Notes under the pieces: model-generated | Told to the model about the DNA's origin: nothing | The model's input: the letters and a program-made list of their open reading frames with translations, nothing else | Databases searched by the model: none | Shown here: positions 1-7,529 of the stretch, one piece after another | How the letters are laid out: every line of letters starts with the position of its first letter | Position numbering within the stretch: position 1 is the first letter of the stretch | Position numbers and translations under genes: made by a program | Origin: a phage | Sequence record: PZ150741.1 | DNA: 48,243 nt | Reading direction: 5' to 3' (one strand)

Positions 1-35
1 GGAGATGCAACAATACAAACACCAATAAAATTTAC

Positions 36-64
36 TTGCACACTAAGATAGAATATGCTACTAT
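36..64 (+). promoter_or_regulatory. sigma70-like promoter (TTGCAC-17 bp-TACTAT)
   Basis: -35 TTGCAC at 36-41, 17-bp spacer, -10 TACTAT at 59-64; followed by conserved leader AACGAGAGGAGAGG and ATG at 95. Confidence 0.6.
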
Positions 65-94
65 TCATTTACACAAACGAGAGGAGAGGCAGAT

Positions 95-244
95 ATGGTT
101 ACTTTGATGGTTATGGAGTTCGAAAACAGCACCGCAACTTACCGCGAGATGACTATGGCGCAGGCGTATCACCTGGCCTCAAACGGCAACTTCTACAAGG
201 CCCAAATCATCAACGAGTTCGGGGTAATTGACTATGAATTTTAA
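95..244 (+). CDS. hypothetical small protein (49 aa)
   Basis: ATG at 95 preceded by GAGGAGAGG Shine-Dalgarno; stop overlaps next start (ATGA); below the 60-aa ORF-track cutoff. Confidence 0.45.
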   Translation: MVTLMVMEFENSTATYREMTMAQAYHLASNGNFYKAQIINEFGVIDYEF

Positions 245-506
245 CAGTTACACCGTTACCGTTGATTTTGAGGGGCTGGAGCTGCCCCTCCCTAACAACT
301 ACCGGTATATCTCACGCGACTGTAACGGGTTTATTCAGGGGTGGCGGAACAAACCGACAGATACTGAGTTCGGGATGTCTGGCGGGGAAGAGTTGCCGAT
401 CACTTTCGGACATCAGAGTAGCAACGAAGAACTTAAAACCGTGATTCGTAAGTATCGCCGCCGCGGTAACACCGGACTTATAGCAATAACAGGCGCGGTT
501 GAATAA
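234..506 (+). CDS. hypothetical protein (90 aa)
   Basis: Track ORF 228-506; first ATG at 234 with GGGG upstream. Confidence 0.5.
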   Translation: MNFNSYTVTVDFEGLELPLPNNYRYISRDCNGFIQGWRNKPTDTEFGMSGGEELPITFGHQSSNEELKTVIRKYRRRGNTGLIAITGAVE

Positions 507-525
507 ACGAGAGGAGAGACAGAAG

Positions 526-744
526 ATGTTCCTGGAATGCAAATCCTATGAAGGCTATTGGGCGCTGACCAAAAACGACCTGTACCACCTCAAAGAAGAC
601 GGCGACGAGAGCCGCTGCTACATAATAGACGACAATGGCACTGAACTTGATGTCTATTACACCGGGTATGGTCGATGGGCGTTATTGGCGGACGATGACT
701 TTGTGTTCGAAGAATATAACGGAGAGGAGCCAGAAGATGAGTAA
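526..744 (+). CDS. hypothetical protein (72 aa)
   Basis: Track ORF 499-744; ATG at 526 preceded by AACGAGAGGAGAGACAGAAG leader/SD. Confidence 0.5.
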   Translation: MFLECKSYEGYWALTKNDLYHLKEDGDESRCYIIDDNGTELDVYYTGYGRWALLADDDFVFEEYNGEEPEDE

Positions 745-1339
745 CAAAAACGAAGTATTAGAATACCTGATTGACCAGCTACGGCAGCAGCTACCGGTAG
801 TAGATGTAATGGGTGAAATAAAACGGTGGAGCATAGACCGTAGTATTGCTGGCCGAGGTAACTATACCGAAGAGGAAAACGCCGTAATCGATGCTTACAT
901 CGGCCTGGAGCACAACCCATACAAGCAACAGTGCGAAGACCTGGCACATGAGGTGCAGTCACTCAAGAATCAGTTACGCGACGCTTCGGCGCTGGTGGCT
1001 GAGTTACAGAGCGACAACATTAAGAAATCTGAGCACATATCGCACCTGTCGGAACTGGTGGACGAGTTGATGGGGACTATAACGTTAATGAACGGGGACG
1101 TTGAGGCTTACAAAGTTCTACGCAAAGGTGGGTACGTGCCTGAGCAATCCGGTTGCCGTAAGGACGATACCCAGGAATGCGAGCATGAGTGGCGATGTGT
1201 GGTAGTTTTTGGGAATAGACTTGGGACCCCGTATTGCCGTAAATGTGGTGCGGCTAAACCTGAAGAATGCAAGCACGAATGGCAATTTTACGGAGTCGGG
1301 TTTCCTTGTATGTGCCTTAAATGCGGGTTAAAGAAATGA
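738..1339 (+). CDS. hypothetical protein, coiled-coil N-terminus and tandem Cys-rich zinc-ribbon-like C-terminus
   Basis: Track ORF 635-1339; ATG at 738 after GGAGAGGAG SD; C-terminus has two repeats of ECxHEW...CxKCG. Confidence 0.5.
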
Positions 1340-1539
1340 CCAGCATCCTTTTTATCTGGGTACTGTCTGCAGGTCAGATGCATCTGGCGGCATCAGAAAC
1401 GTTTTACTCGATGGAGGCGTGCCGGTCAGCGGCACGCGCCGCAGAGAACGCACACTTCCTGTTTCAGGGCGACAAGCCCAACGATTCAGAGGTACGCGCT
1501 ATCTGCTCACCTAAGCGACTTGGTAAACAGGAGAAGTGA
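1336..1539 (+). CDS. hypothetical small protein with hydrophobic signal-peptide-like N-terminus
   Basis: Track ORF 1321-1539; ATG at 1336 overlaps upstream stop (ATGA); N-terminus MTSILFIWVLSAGQMHLAAS. Confidence 0.4.
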   Translation: MTSILFIWVLSAGQMHLAASETFYSMEACRSAARAAENAHFLFQGDKPNDSEVRAICSPKRLGKQEK

Positions 1540-1541
1540 TT

Positions 1542-1790
1542 ATGGTTAAATTATACGCAGAGCGCGATTTAGAAATGCTCGACATGACTAACAATTACTA
1601 TTCAAGACATGTGATGGCTATGACGGAGGAAGGATTGAACAGTAAATCATCTATCGCTGCTGAGTTGGCGTACCGTGACTGGATTATTGATGAACAGCAA
1701 AAAGAGTTACAGAAATACAAAGACCAGTTCCCGGATTACGTCGAGTGCGCGAACTGTGGGTTGGTCACACATGTGGAAGGGGTAGAGTGA
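1542..1790 (+). CDS. hypothetical protein (82 aa)
   Basis: Track ORF 1536-1790; ATG at 1542 after AGGAGAAG. Confidence 0.45.
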   Translation: MVKLYAERDLEMLDMTNNYYSRHVMAMTEEGLNSKSSIAAELAYRDWIIDEQQKELQKYKDQFPDYVECANCGLVTHVEGVE

Positions 1791-1792
1791 TT

Positions 1793-2011
1793 ATGATATT
1801 CAGAGACCGTAGCAGCTTAAGAACACCGGATTGTCCTACGTTCGAGTTCGAAGACAAAGACGGAGATGTATGCTGTATTCAATTTTATAGAGACGATGAA
1901 GGTGAGTGCGGGCTTGTAGAGTTGCAGGTTTACAGTGAAACCGGTTGTGTTGTATTAAGTGCAGATGATGCGGAATCACTAGCTCGTAAGATACTTGAGG
2001 GCGTTAAATGA
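1793..2011 (+). CDS. hypothetical protein (72 aa)
   Basis: Track ORF 1745-2011; ATG at 1793 after GAAGGGG, follows upstream stop. Confidence 0.45.
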   Translation: MIFRDRSSLRTPDCPTFEFEDKDGDVCCIQFYRDDEGECGLVELQVYSETGCVVLSADDAESLARKILEGVK

Positions 2012-2301
2012 GCCTCGCAACTGACATCCTGAAACGAAGCGGCCTTGCGCCGCTGTCACCGAGAGCGAACACCCAAATATACAAGCGCCGCCGTAATGCG
2101 CTGTACCCCGAGATTCAGGCCAGACGCAAAGCTATCCGCGCCTGTGGATTCCAGAACGGGAAGGCCGTGAATCTCGGTGAGTTTAAAACACAGGAACGCG
2201 CAGCAATCGCTAACCGGTTATTTAATTACTGGAAATCGCTGGGGTACGATGATATTCCGACGAAACCACAGAGACGACAATACATCTGGAGACACAAATA
2301 A
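2008..2301 (+). CDS. hypothetical basic protein (97 aa)
   Basis: Track ORF; start overlaps upstream stop; Arg/Lys-rich. Confidence 0.45.
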   Translation: MSLATDILKRSGLAPLSPRANTQIYKRRRNALYPEIQARRKAIRACGFQNGKAVNLGEFKTQERAAIANRLFNYWKSLGYDDIPTKPQRRQYIWRHK

Positions 2302-2376
2302 ACAACTATTAGGATAATTCCTACCCGTGGTATCCTCCAGTTACTGCATACTTAATACGCACCTGGAGGATTCATC

Positions 2377-2685
2377 TTGGATAAATTTACTGAAACAGTG
2401 ACAGGCTGGCTTCTAGCTGCCGCGCTCGCCGGAGGGGTAATCGGACTACGACAACATAAGTCCGTTATTTCTGGCCCCACCGACGGCTTCTGCTTTATTG
2501 CTACTGGCTTCACTTGCGCCGTATTTGGTGCACCTCTTGCCGCTCAATGGTTCGGAATCACGGGCGACCGTGAAATCGCCGGGTTGGGCTTCATTATCGC
2601 TGTTCTCTGGATGCCTATCTATTCCCGTCTATCCAGTATCGTAGCCGGGGAATACATCGCACGTCGAGGAGGCACAGATGAATGA
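2377..2685 (+). CDS. holin-like membrane protein (about 3 TM segments)
   Basis: TTG start after GGAGGA; three hydrophobic segments; directly upstream of second membrane protein and endolysin. Confidence 0.45.
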   Translation: MDKFTETVTGWLLAAALAGGVIGLRQHKSVISGPTDGFCFIATGFTCAVFGAPLAAQWFGITGDREIAGLGFIIAVLWMPIYSRLSSIVAGEYIARRGGTDE

Positions 2686-2950
2686 GTTATTCTGGTTCGG
2701 CGGTATGCTGGCAATCGGGGGCACATCGCTGTTTAATGTGTACCACCCCAGCGTGGACGATGGGTTATTTGGTAGGGTGCTCTATATCCTGACAGCTATC
2801 GTCTGCGCCGCCGGATGTATCCACTTGCTACAGGGCAGCATGTCCCCGACGCTGCCTGAGACGTTAATCACATTAGTTGCGCTGCGCCAGATTCGCCAGG
2901 CGTGGTTGTCATACGGAGGACATAAGCGTGTCTCGAAATATTTCAGATAA
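2678..2950 (+). CDS. holin/antiholin-like membrane protein (2 TM segments)
   Basis: Two hydrophobic helices; overlaps both neighbours in the lysis cassette. Confidence 0.45.
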   Translation: MNELFWFGGMLAIGGTSLFNVYHPSVDDGLFGRVLYILTAIVCAAGCIHLLQGSMSPTLPETLITLVALRQIRQAWLSYGGHKRVSKYFR

Positions 2951-3416
2951 TGGGTTGCATTTTACCGCTGCGTTCGAGGGATTCCGCGGAACTGCGTATC
3001 GTGCTACGCCGAACGAGAAGTACCTGACTATAGGCTATGGAAGCTACGGTCCGCATGTTAAGGCGGGGCAAACCATCACGCCTGGTCAGGGCTTACTATT
3101 ACTTAATCGCGATATGGCTAAAGCCGTAGTTGCGGTTGATGCGGCGGCGCACCACTCATTGACACAGGCGCAGTTCGATGCAGTGTGCGACCTGGTGTAT
3201 AACGCGGGTGCCGGAGTGATTGCGGCTACTACTGGCACAGGTAAGGCACTGCGTTCTGGCGATATTGCGACACTGCGGGCTAAGCTGGCGCTGTTCATCA
3301 ACCAGAACGGCAAACCGTTACTTGGCTTACGTCGTCGCGTAGCTGGTCGCCTGGCGCTGTTCGACGGTAAACCGTGGCAGGAGGCGGAGGCTATTGGACG
3401 TGCGGTGAAAGGTTGA
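2928..3416 (+). CDS. endolysin, GH24 lysozyme (T4/P22 lysozyme-like)
   Basis: GTG at 2928 after GGAGGA; motifs ISDNG, FEGF...YLTIGYG, QFDAVCDLVYNAG, RRRVAGRLALF resemble P22 gp19/T4 e lysozymes. Confidence 0.85.
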   Translation: MSRNISDNGLHFTAAFEGFRGTAYRATPNEKYLTIGYGSYGPHVKAGQTITPGQGLLLLNRDMAKAVVAVDAAAHHSLTQAQFDAVCDLVYNAGAGVIAATTGTGKALRSGDIATLRAKLALFINQNGKPLLGLRRRVAGRLALFDGKPWQEAEAIGRAVKG

Positions 3417-3480
3417 CACATAAGACTAATCCGACGATACTTAAATCACCTCCTGCTCCATCCCTCTGCTCTCCAGTTTT

Positions 3481-3512
3481 ATCCCGGCCCTGACCCAGCC
3501 GGGATTTTTTTT
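3481..3512 (+). terminator. rho-independent terminator after lysis cassette
   Basis: Hairpin ATCCCGGC-CCTGACCCA-GCCGGGAT followed by T8 run. Confidence 0.8.
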
Positions 3513-3534
3513 ATCTATTTTCTGTAATGAATAG

Positions 3535-3563
3535 TTGACTATTACTCTGACCCCAATTATATT
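3535..3563 (+). promoter_or_regulatory. sigma70-like promoter (TTGACT-17 bp-TATATT)
   Basis: Immediately downstream of terminator; followed by AACGAGAACGGAG leader and ATG at 3598. Confidence 0.55.
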
Positions 3564-3597
3564 TACTTCATCGACAACGAGAACGGAGTAGAGAGAA

Positions 3598-3846
3598 ATG
3601 GGCAACGTATCGACGATAGAAATAACCGAAGAACTCGAAGATAAATGCATCGCATGGACTATGGATAATGACCCGGTTGCTATGTGTAAATTTCCAATGA
3701 AAATCACAGATACCGAAGCATTCAAAGACGCACAACTGATGGCACGCATCGCCGTTAGTAACCTGAGCAATAGCATTCCAGCGGACGCGTTCTGGTTCGC
3801 CGCAATGCAGACACTGAAAGCAGCTTATGCAGGAGAGAAGAAATGA
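3598..3846 (+). CDS. hypothetical protein (82 aa)
   Basis: Track ORF; strong SD GGAGTAGAGAGAA. Confidence 0.5.
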   Translation: MGNVSTIEITEELEDKCIAWTMDNDPVAMCKFPMKITDTEAFKDAQLMARIAVSNLSNSIPADAFWFAAMQTLKAAYAGEKK

Positions 3847-4046
3847 ACAACGTCACCGTTGGCGGCATTTATAAGAGTCGTCACTCTTGGAATGAGGGTG
3901 CAAGATTCATTGTAACCGCGGTTGGGTTGGACCACGTGCTTATCGCGGACCACCCATTGATAAAATTCAATGAATCCTATTTGGAATATTGTGTTGGTAG
4001 AAAGGAGTTCGAGACTAAATTTAAGTTTGCAGGAGAGAAGAAATGA
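3843..4046 (+). CDS. hypothetical protein (67 aa)
   Basis: Track ORF; ATGA overlap; SD AGGAGAGAAG. Confidence 0.5.
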   Translation: MNNVTVGGIYKSRHSWNEGARFIVTAVGLDHVLIADHPLIKFNESYLEYCVGRKEFETKFKFAGEKK

Positions 4047-4201
4047 GTGAACAAGGTCAAGTAAGCCAGCCACTACGAGTAGGCCGTAAAGTCAGTCGCA
4101 CCCCGTTCCCGACACGCGAGGAACTGATGAAACGTAACAGTTTCCCGGGGCCGGACAAGAACAAGTATCTCAATCGTATGTGGGGAGAGCGTAAAGAATG
4201 A
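4043..4201 (+). CDS. hypothetical small protein (52 aa)
   Basis: ATG at 4043 after AGGAGAGAAG; ATGA overlap with next gene; below track cutoff. Confidence 0.4.
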   Translation: MSEQGQVSQPLRVGRKVSRTPFPTREELMKRNSFPGPDKNKYLNRMWGERKE

Positions 4202-4368
4202 AAAAGTTAATTGCAGATGTTGAACTCGGTGATGTTATTCGTATTGATGACGACTACGGCGGCTACGACGTAGTGGTGAAGCACATCGAGTGGGATTCTA
4301 CGTTGCCATTTGTCACGATTAACCGTGAAATAATGTTCACTAAAACTGATTGGGTAGAGGTTCGATAA
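4198..4368 (+). CDS. hypothetical small protein (56 aa)
   Basis: ATG at 4198 after GGGGAGAG; below track cutoff. Confidence 0.4.
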   Translation: MKKLIADVELGDVIRIDDDYGGYDVVVKHIEWDSTLPFVTINREIMFTKTDWVEVR

Positions 4369-4541
4369 TGACTAACAACGAATACGAGAAACTTAGCGTA
4401 GAAGCGGCGACCGGTGAATCTGAAATAGCGTGGATTGACGCCAACATCGAGCACTACCTACGGCAAGTAGACATCCTTATGGAACGCCGCCGTGAACTGA
4501 TTAACCGCTTCAACCTGAACAAAGGTGACGCCAATGCCTAA
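4368..4541 (+). CDS. hypothetical protein (57 aa)
   Basis: Track ORF 4350-4541; ATG at 4368 overlaps upstream TAA. Confidence 0.45.
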   Translation: MTNNEYEKLSVEAATGESEIAWIDANIEHYLRQVDILMERRRELINRFNLNKGDANA

Positions 4542-4719
4542 AATCACAATTGCATCACTAGAGCGCCGTATTCTGGTGCTCGAGTCAGAGAAACAGACGT
4601 TAGGCGGTCAACTGTCGATTAACGGCGAGTTTCAACTGGAGGCGTTTAAGATGCTACTTGAACGCATGAAGGACGAGGAAGATTGGGCGCATTCCTTGCA
4701 AGACCTCTGGCAATACTAA
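4534..4719 (+). CDS. hypothetical coiled-coil protein (61 aa)
   Basis: Track ORF 4525-4719; ATG at 4534 after AAAGGTGA. Confidence 0.45.
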   Translation: MPKITIASLERRILVLESEKQTLGGQLSINGEFQLEAFKMLLERMKDEEDWAHSLQDLWQY

Positions 4720-4721
4720 AC

Positions 4722-4904
4722 ATGAAATCGCCTGAGCCAGTAGTTATCGATGGCGTCCTGTGGAAACCTTACTCGGTTAACCACATCGACGCCGACGGGA
4801 AGAAGTTCAGCTTCTACATTTTTGCAATTAGCCGTGAGCACGCCGCTTGTGTGGTCGATGATATACGAGAAACGGCGTGGCTCGGTGATGAGATAGTGGG
4901 GTGA
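4722..4904 (+). CDS. hypothetical protein (60 aa)
   Basis: Track ORF 4683-4904; ATG at 4722 just after upstream stop; TTG at 4683 is an alternative start. Confidence 0.4.
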   Translation: MKSPEPVVIDGVLWKPYSVNHIDADGKKFSFYIFAISREHAACVVDDIRETAWLGDEIVG

Positions 4905-4908
4905 GAGT

Positions 4909-4992
4909 ATGAATCTCGAGGTGGTTATCGGTCTGGTAGGTCTTAGCTACTTCATCGGGTTGTTGGTTGGCTTTCTGTGGGGTAGATACTAA
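4909..4992 (+). CDS. possible 27-aa single-TM peptide
   Basis: ATG at 4909, hydrophobic MNLEVVIGLVGLSYFIGLLVGFLWGRY, stop overlaps next start. Confidence 0.25.
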   Translation: MNLEVVIGLVGLSYFIGLLVGFLWGRY

Positions 4993-5273
4993 TGGCGCGT
5001 ACTGTTTCCGCGAGATTCACTGATATCGAATCCGCTATAGAAGAAGCCGTTTATTGTAGATTTTGCAACCCCTCCGCAGTACATAACTACGGAGTTATTG
5101 TTAAATACGGCAAGTTTGAGGTTAGAAGGGTGCGCGCCGACCGTCCGTACGAGTTTTTATGGACAACAGAAAGCCTCATCCCGCGGTGCCACATTTACAC
5201 AAGCGGTGCACATACGATTTTTGTAGACCTTAACAAGAAAGATATTACCGTCACTAAAGGAGAGACAAATTGA
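4992..5273 (+). CDS. hypothetical protein (93 aa)
   Basis: Track ORF; SD GGGGTAG upstream. Confidence 0.45.
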   Translation: MARTVSARFTDIESAIEEAVYCRFCNPSAVHNYGVIVKYGKFEVRRVRADRPYEFLWTTESLIPRCHIYTSGAHTIFVDLNKKDITVTKGETN

Positions 5274-5506
5274 TTACCAGCATCCCTGAACTGATTGAAG
5301 AGTACGGAAGTATGTCGGAGACCTGCCGACAAACCGGTATCTGCGAAATGACGATTGCCAAGTACAGCAAAGACGTGAACTGCGAGCGCCACGTAATCTA
5401 TAACAACCGTCTGATGACGCACGTTAAGACAAGCCCGGTGTTATTCACGCGCCGGGGTATCACTAAAACTGAGCAACGTATTACCAGAGGGGAGAGGGGG
5501 GAATGA
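5270..5506 (+). CDS. hypothetical protein, possible HTH
   Basis: Track ORF with non-ATG start; segment SETCRQTGICEMTIAKYS resembles helix-turn-helix; start uncertain. Confidence 0.35.
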   Translation: MITSIPELIEEYGSMSETCRQTGICEMTIAKYSKDVNCERHVIYNNRLMTHVKTSPVLFTRRGITKTEQRITRGERGE

Positions 5507-5609
5507 GACTGTTAATCGTCCCTAACGCCTGGGTTATTGCCGTAGCTAACGACCATTACGGCGGCGATGGTAAAAGAGCCTCACGACACGGCCTATACAA
5601 CTGATGCAA

Positions 5610-5630
5610 GCCCTCTACGGAGGGTTTTCT
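5610..5630 (+). terminator. weak terminator-like hairpin at early/late boundary
   Basis: CCCTC-TACG-GAGGG followed by TTTTCT. Confidence 0.35.
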
Positions 5631-5724
5631 GTACATCCCGCCCAATCCCCTTATATAATCCCTTTAGACGCGTAGGGCGCGTCTGGTGCGCTCTGATGGT
5701 CAGACGCATATGCAAGGGGATTCT

Positions 5725-6270
5725 ATGAAGCTGAAACTCAAGCAGCCATCGCCAGAGGTGGTGCAAGCTGCACATGAAGAAGCTGTTAGCGCAAACCGTC
5801 GCCGTAAACGACCGCGCGGTAAACAGAGCCTTTATCAATCATCCCGTAATTCCGCCGCGTTGTGGGACCCGGACTATTGCGACGCGTTAATCGAGTTCTT
5901 CGACCGCACGTCGTGGGAACTTGTGCCTACGTCTAAGGGCGACGAACGCCCGCTGATTCAGGATAAGCCACCATCACTGGCCCGCTTCGCCTTACACATC
6001 GGCGTCACTATACCGATTATTAAGCTGTGGTTGCGCGAGATTCCCGCATTTGCAGAAGCTTGGGAGACAGCACAGGCGCTGGAGGAGGCGTACTTCACTG
6101 AGACAGGCGCAGCAGGCATCTCTGCTACGTTCGCTGCCGCTAAGCTGGGCCTCAGCAAAGAGAAACCGGTGGAATCTACCGAAGAAACGGCACCGACCGA
6201 GATTGTTTTCAGTGTTGCAGAGCCTGTAGGTAAGATAGTAACAACGAACATGGGCGAGGCAGAGGAATGA
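5725..6270 (+). CDS. terS: terminase small subunit (putative)
   Basis: Immediately upstream of and ATGA-overlapping terL; ATG at 5725 after AAGGGGA; basic N-terminus and HTH-like segment. Confidence 0.55.
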   Translation: MKLKLKQPSPEVVQAAHEEAVSANRRRKRPRGKQSLYQSSRNSAALWDPDYCDALIEFFDRTSWELVPTSKGDERPLIQDKPPSLARFALHIGVTIPIIKLWLREIPAFAEAWETAQALEEAYFTETGAAGISATFAAAKLGLSKEKPVESTEETAPTEIVFSVAEPVGKIVTTNMGEAEE

Positions 6271-7517
6271 GTATTCAGCTATCCGCACCACAGGCTTTGT
6301 TTCTGAACTGCGATAACAAATACAAAGCCTACGTCGGCGGCTTCGGCAGCGGCAAGACATTTGTTGGCTGCCTTGACCTGCTTACGTTCATGCTCAAACA
6401 TCCCGGTACGCGCCTCGGATACTTTGGCCCTACATATCCGGCTATCCGTGACATCTTCTACCCGACATTCGAGGAAGCGGCTAACCTGCTTGGCCTTGAT
6501 GTGCTGGTTAAATCCGGCGACAAAGAAGTCGTGGTTACTCGCGGTAAGACGGTGCTCGGGACAGTTATCTGCCGTTCTATGGATAACCCGGGGTCTATCG
6601 TTGGTTTCAAAATCGCTGCTGCAGTCGTCGACGAGTTGGACGTACTGAGCCGCGAGAAGGCCGAACTGGCGTGGAACAAAATCGTAGCCCGTATGCGACT
6701 TGTTATTCCTGGCGTAATTAACCACATCTCCGTCACCACGACACCGGAAGGGTTCAAGTTCGTCTTCGCCAAGTTCAAAGATAACCCGACGCCGAGCTAC
6801 TCAATGGTGCAGGCATCAACTCACGAGAACGCGCGATTCCTGCCGTCTGACTACATTAGCTCGCTGACCGAGACTTACCCGGCGCAACTGATTAACGCGT
6901 ACCTGAATGGTGAGTTCGTCAACCTGACCTCCGGCAGCGTCTACTACGCCTACGACCGCCGTAAGCACCGCAGCAAAGAGACAATTCAACCTGGCGACAC
7001 GCTGTACATCGGGCAGGACTTCAACGTTACGAAGAACGCCAGCGCCGTTTATGTGCAGCGTAAAGACGGCTGGCACGCGGTAGCAGAGCTGAAAGGTCTG
7101 TTCGATACGCCGGATACTGTGCGCGTAATTACTGAGAAGTGGAAGTCACATGGGCACCGCATCGTCGTTTACCCTGACGCCAGCGGCAAGAACCGCAAGA
7201 CCAACTCGGCATCAATCTCTGATATCGCGTTACTCCAGCAGGCCGGGTTCGATGTTCGCGCTAAATCTGCCAACCCCCCGGTTAAAGACCGTGTTTTAGC
7301 CGTGAATACCGCACTGGAAAAAGGTAAGCTGTGGGTTAACGACCACTTATGCCCCGAGATAGCGAAGACGCTGGAGCAGCAGGCGTACGACGATAACGGC
7401 GAGCCGGCTAAAGACGGCGTTATTGACCATATGGCGGATGCTCTAGGCTATCCTGTAGTTTACGAGATGCCGGTGGTTAAACCAGTAATCAATACCCCAG
7501 TTCGTTTCGCACTTTAA
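6267..7517 (+). CDS. terL: terminase large subunit
   Basis: Walker A GGFGSGKT, Walker B VVDELD, acidic nuclease-domain residues in C-terminal half; 416 aa. Confidence 0.9.
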   Translation: MSIQLSAPQALFLNCDNKYKAYVGGFGSGKTFVGCLDLLTFMLKHPGTRLGYFGPTYPAIRDIFYPTFEEAANLLGLDVLVKSGDKEVVVTRGKTVLGTVICRSMDNPGSIVGFKIAAAVVDELDVLSREKAELAWNKIVARMRLVIPGVINHISVTTTPEGFKFVFAKFKDNPTPSYSMVQASTHENARFLPSDYISSLTETYPAQLINAYLNGEFVNLTSGSVYYAYDRRKHRSKETIQPGDTLYIGQDFNVTKNASAVYVQRKDGWHAVAELKGLFDTPDTVRVITEKWKSHGHRIVVYPDASGKNRKTNSASISDIALLQQAGFDVRAKSANPPVKDRVLAVNTALEKGKLWVNDHLCPEIAKTLEQQAYDDNGEPAKDGVIDHMADALGYPVVYEMPVVKPVINTPVRFAL

Positions 7518-7529
7518 GAGGATTATTCA

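Larger units (their letters stand above)
1..4670. repeat. Left copy of 4.67-kb direct repeat (matches 43577-48243)
   Basis: ORF-track proteins at 228-4541 recur with identical sequence at 43804-48114; offset 43576, then 43574 and 43573 after two indels. Repeat runs to the window end, so true length may be longer. Confidence 0.95.

Noticed and set aside
3820-4047. 17-bp direct repeat GCAGGAGAGAAGAAATGA at two consecutive gene junctions, suggesting tandem gene duplication
   Set aside because: The flanking proteins share only the last five residues (AGEKK) and no similarity otherwise; more simply explained as a conserved RBS/start junction.
1-4670. Repeat as a transposon or insertion sequence
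   Set aside because: No transposase or integrase, no terminal inverted repeats or target-site duplication; the repeat is direct, sits exactly at the window ends and carries ordinary phage genes, so it reflects genome-end redundancy.
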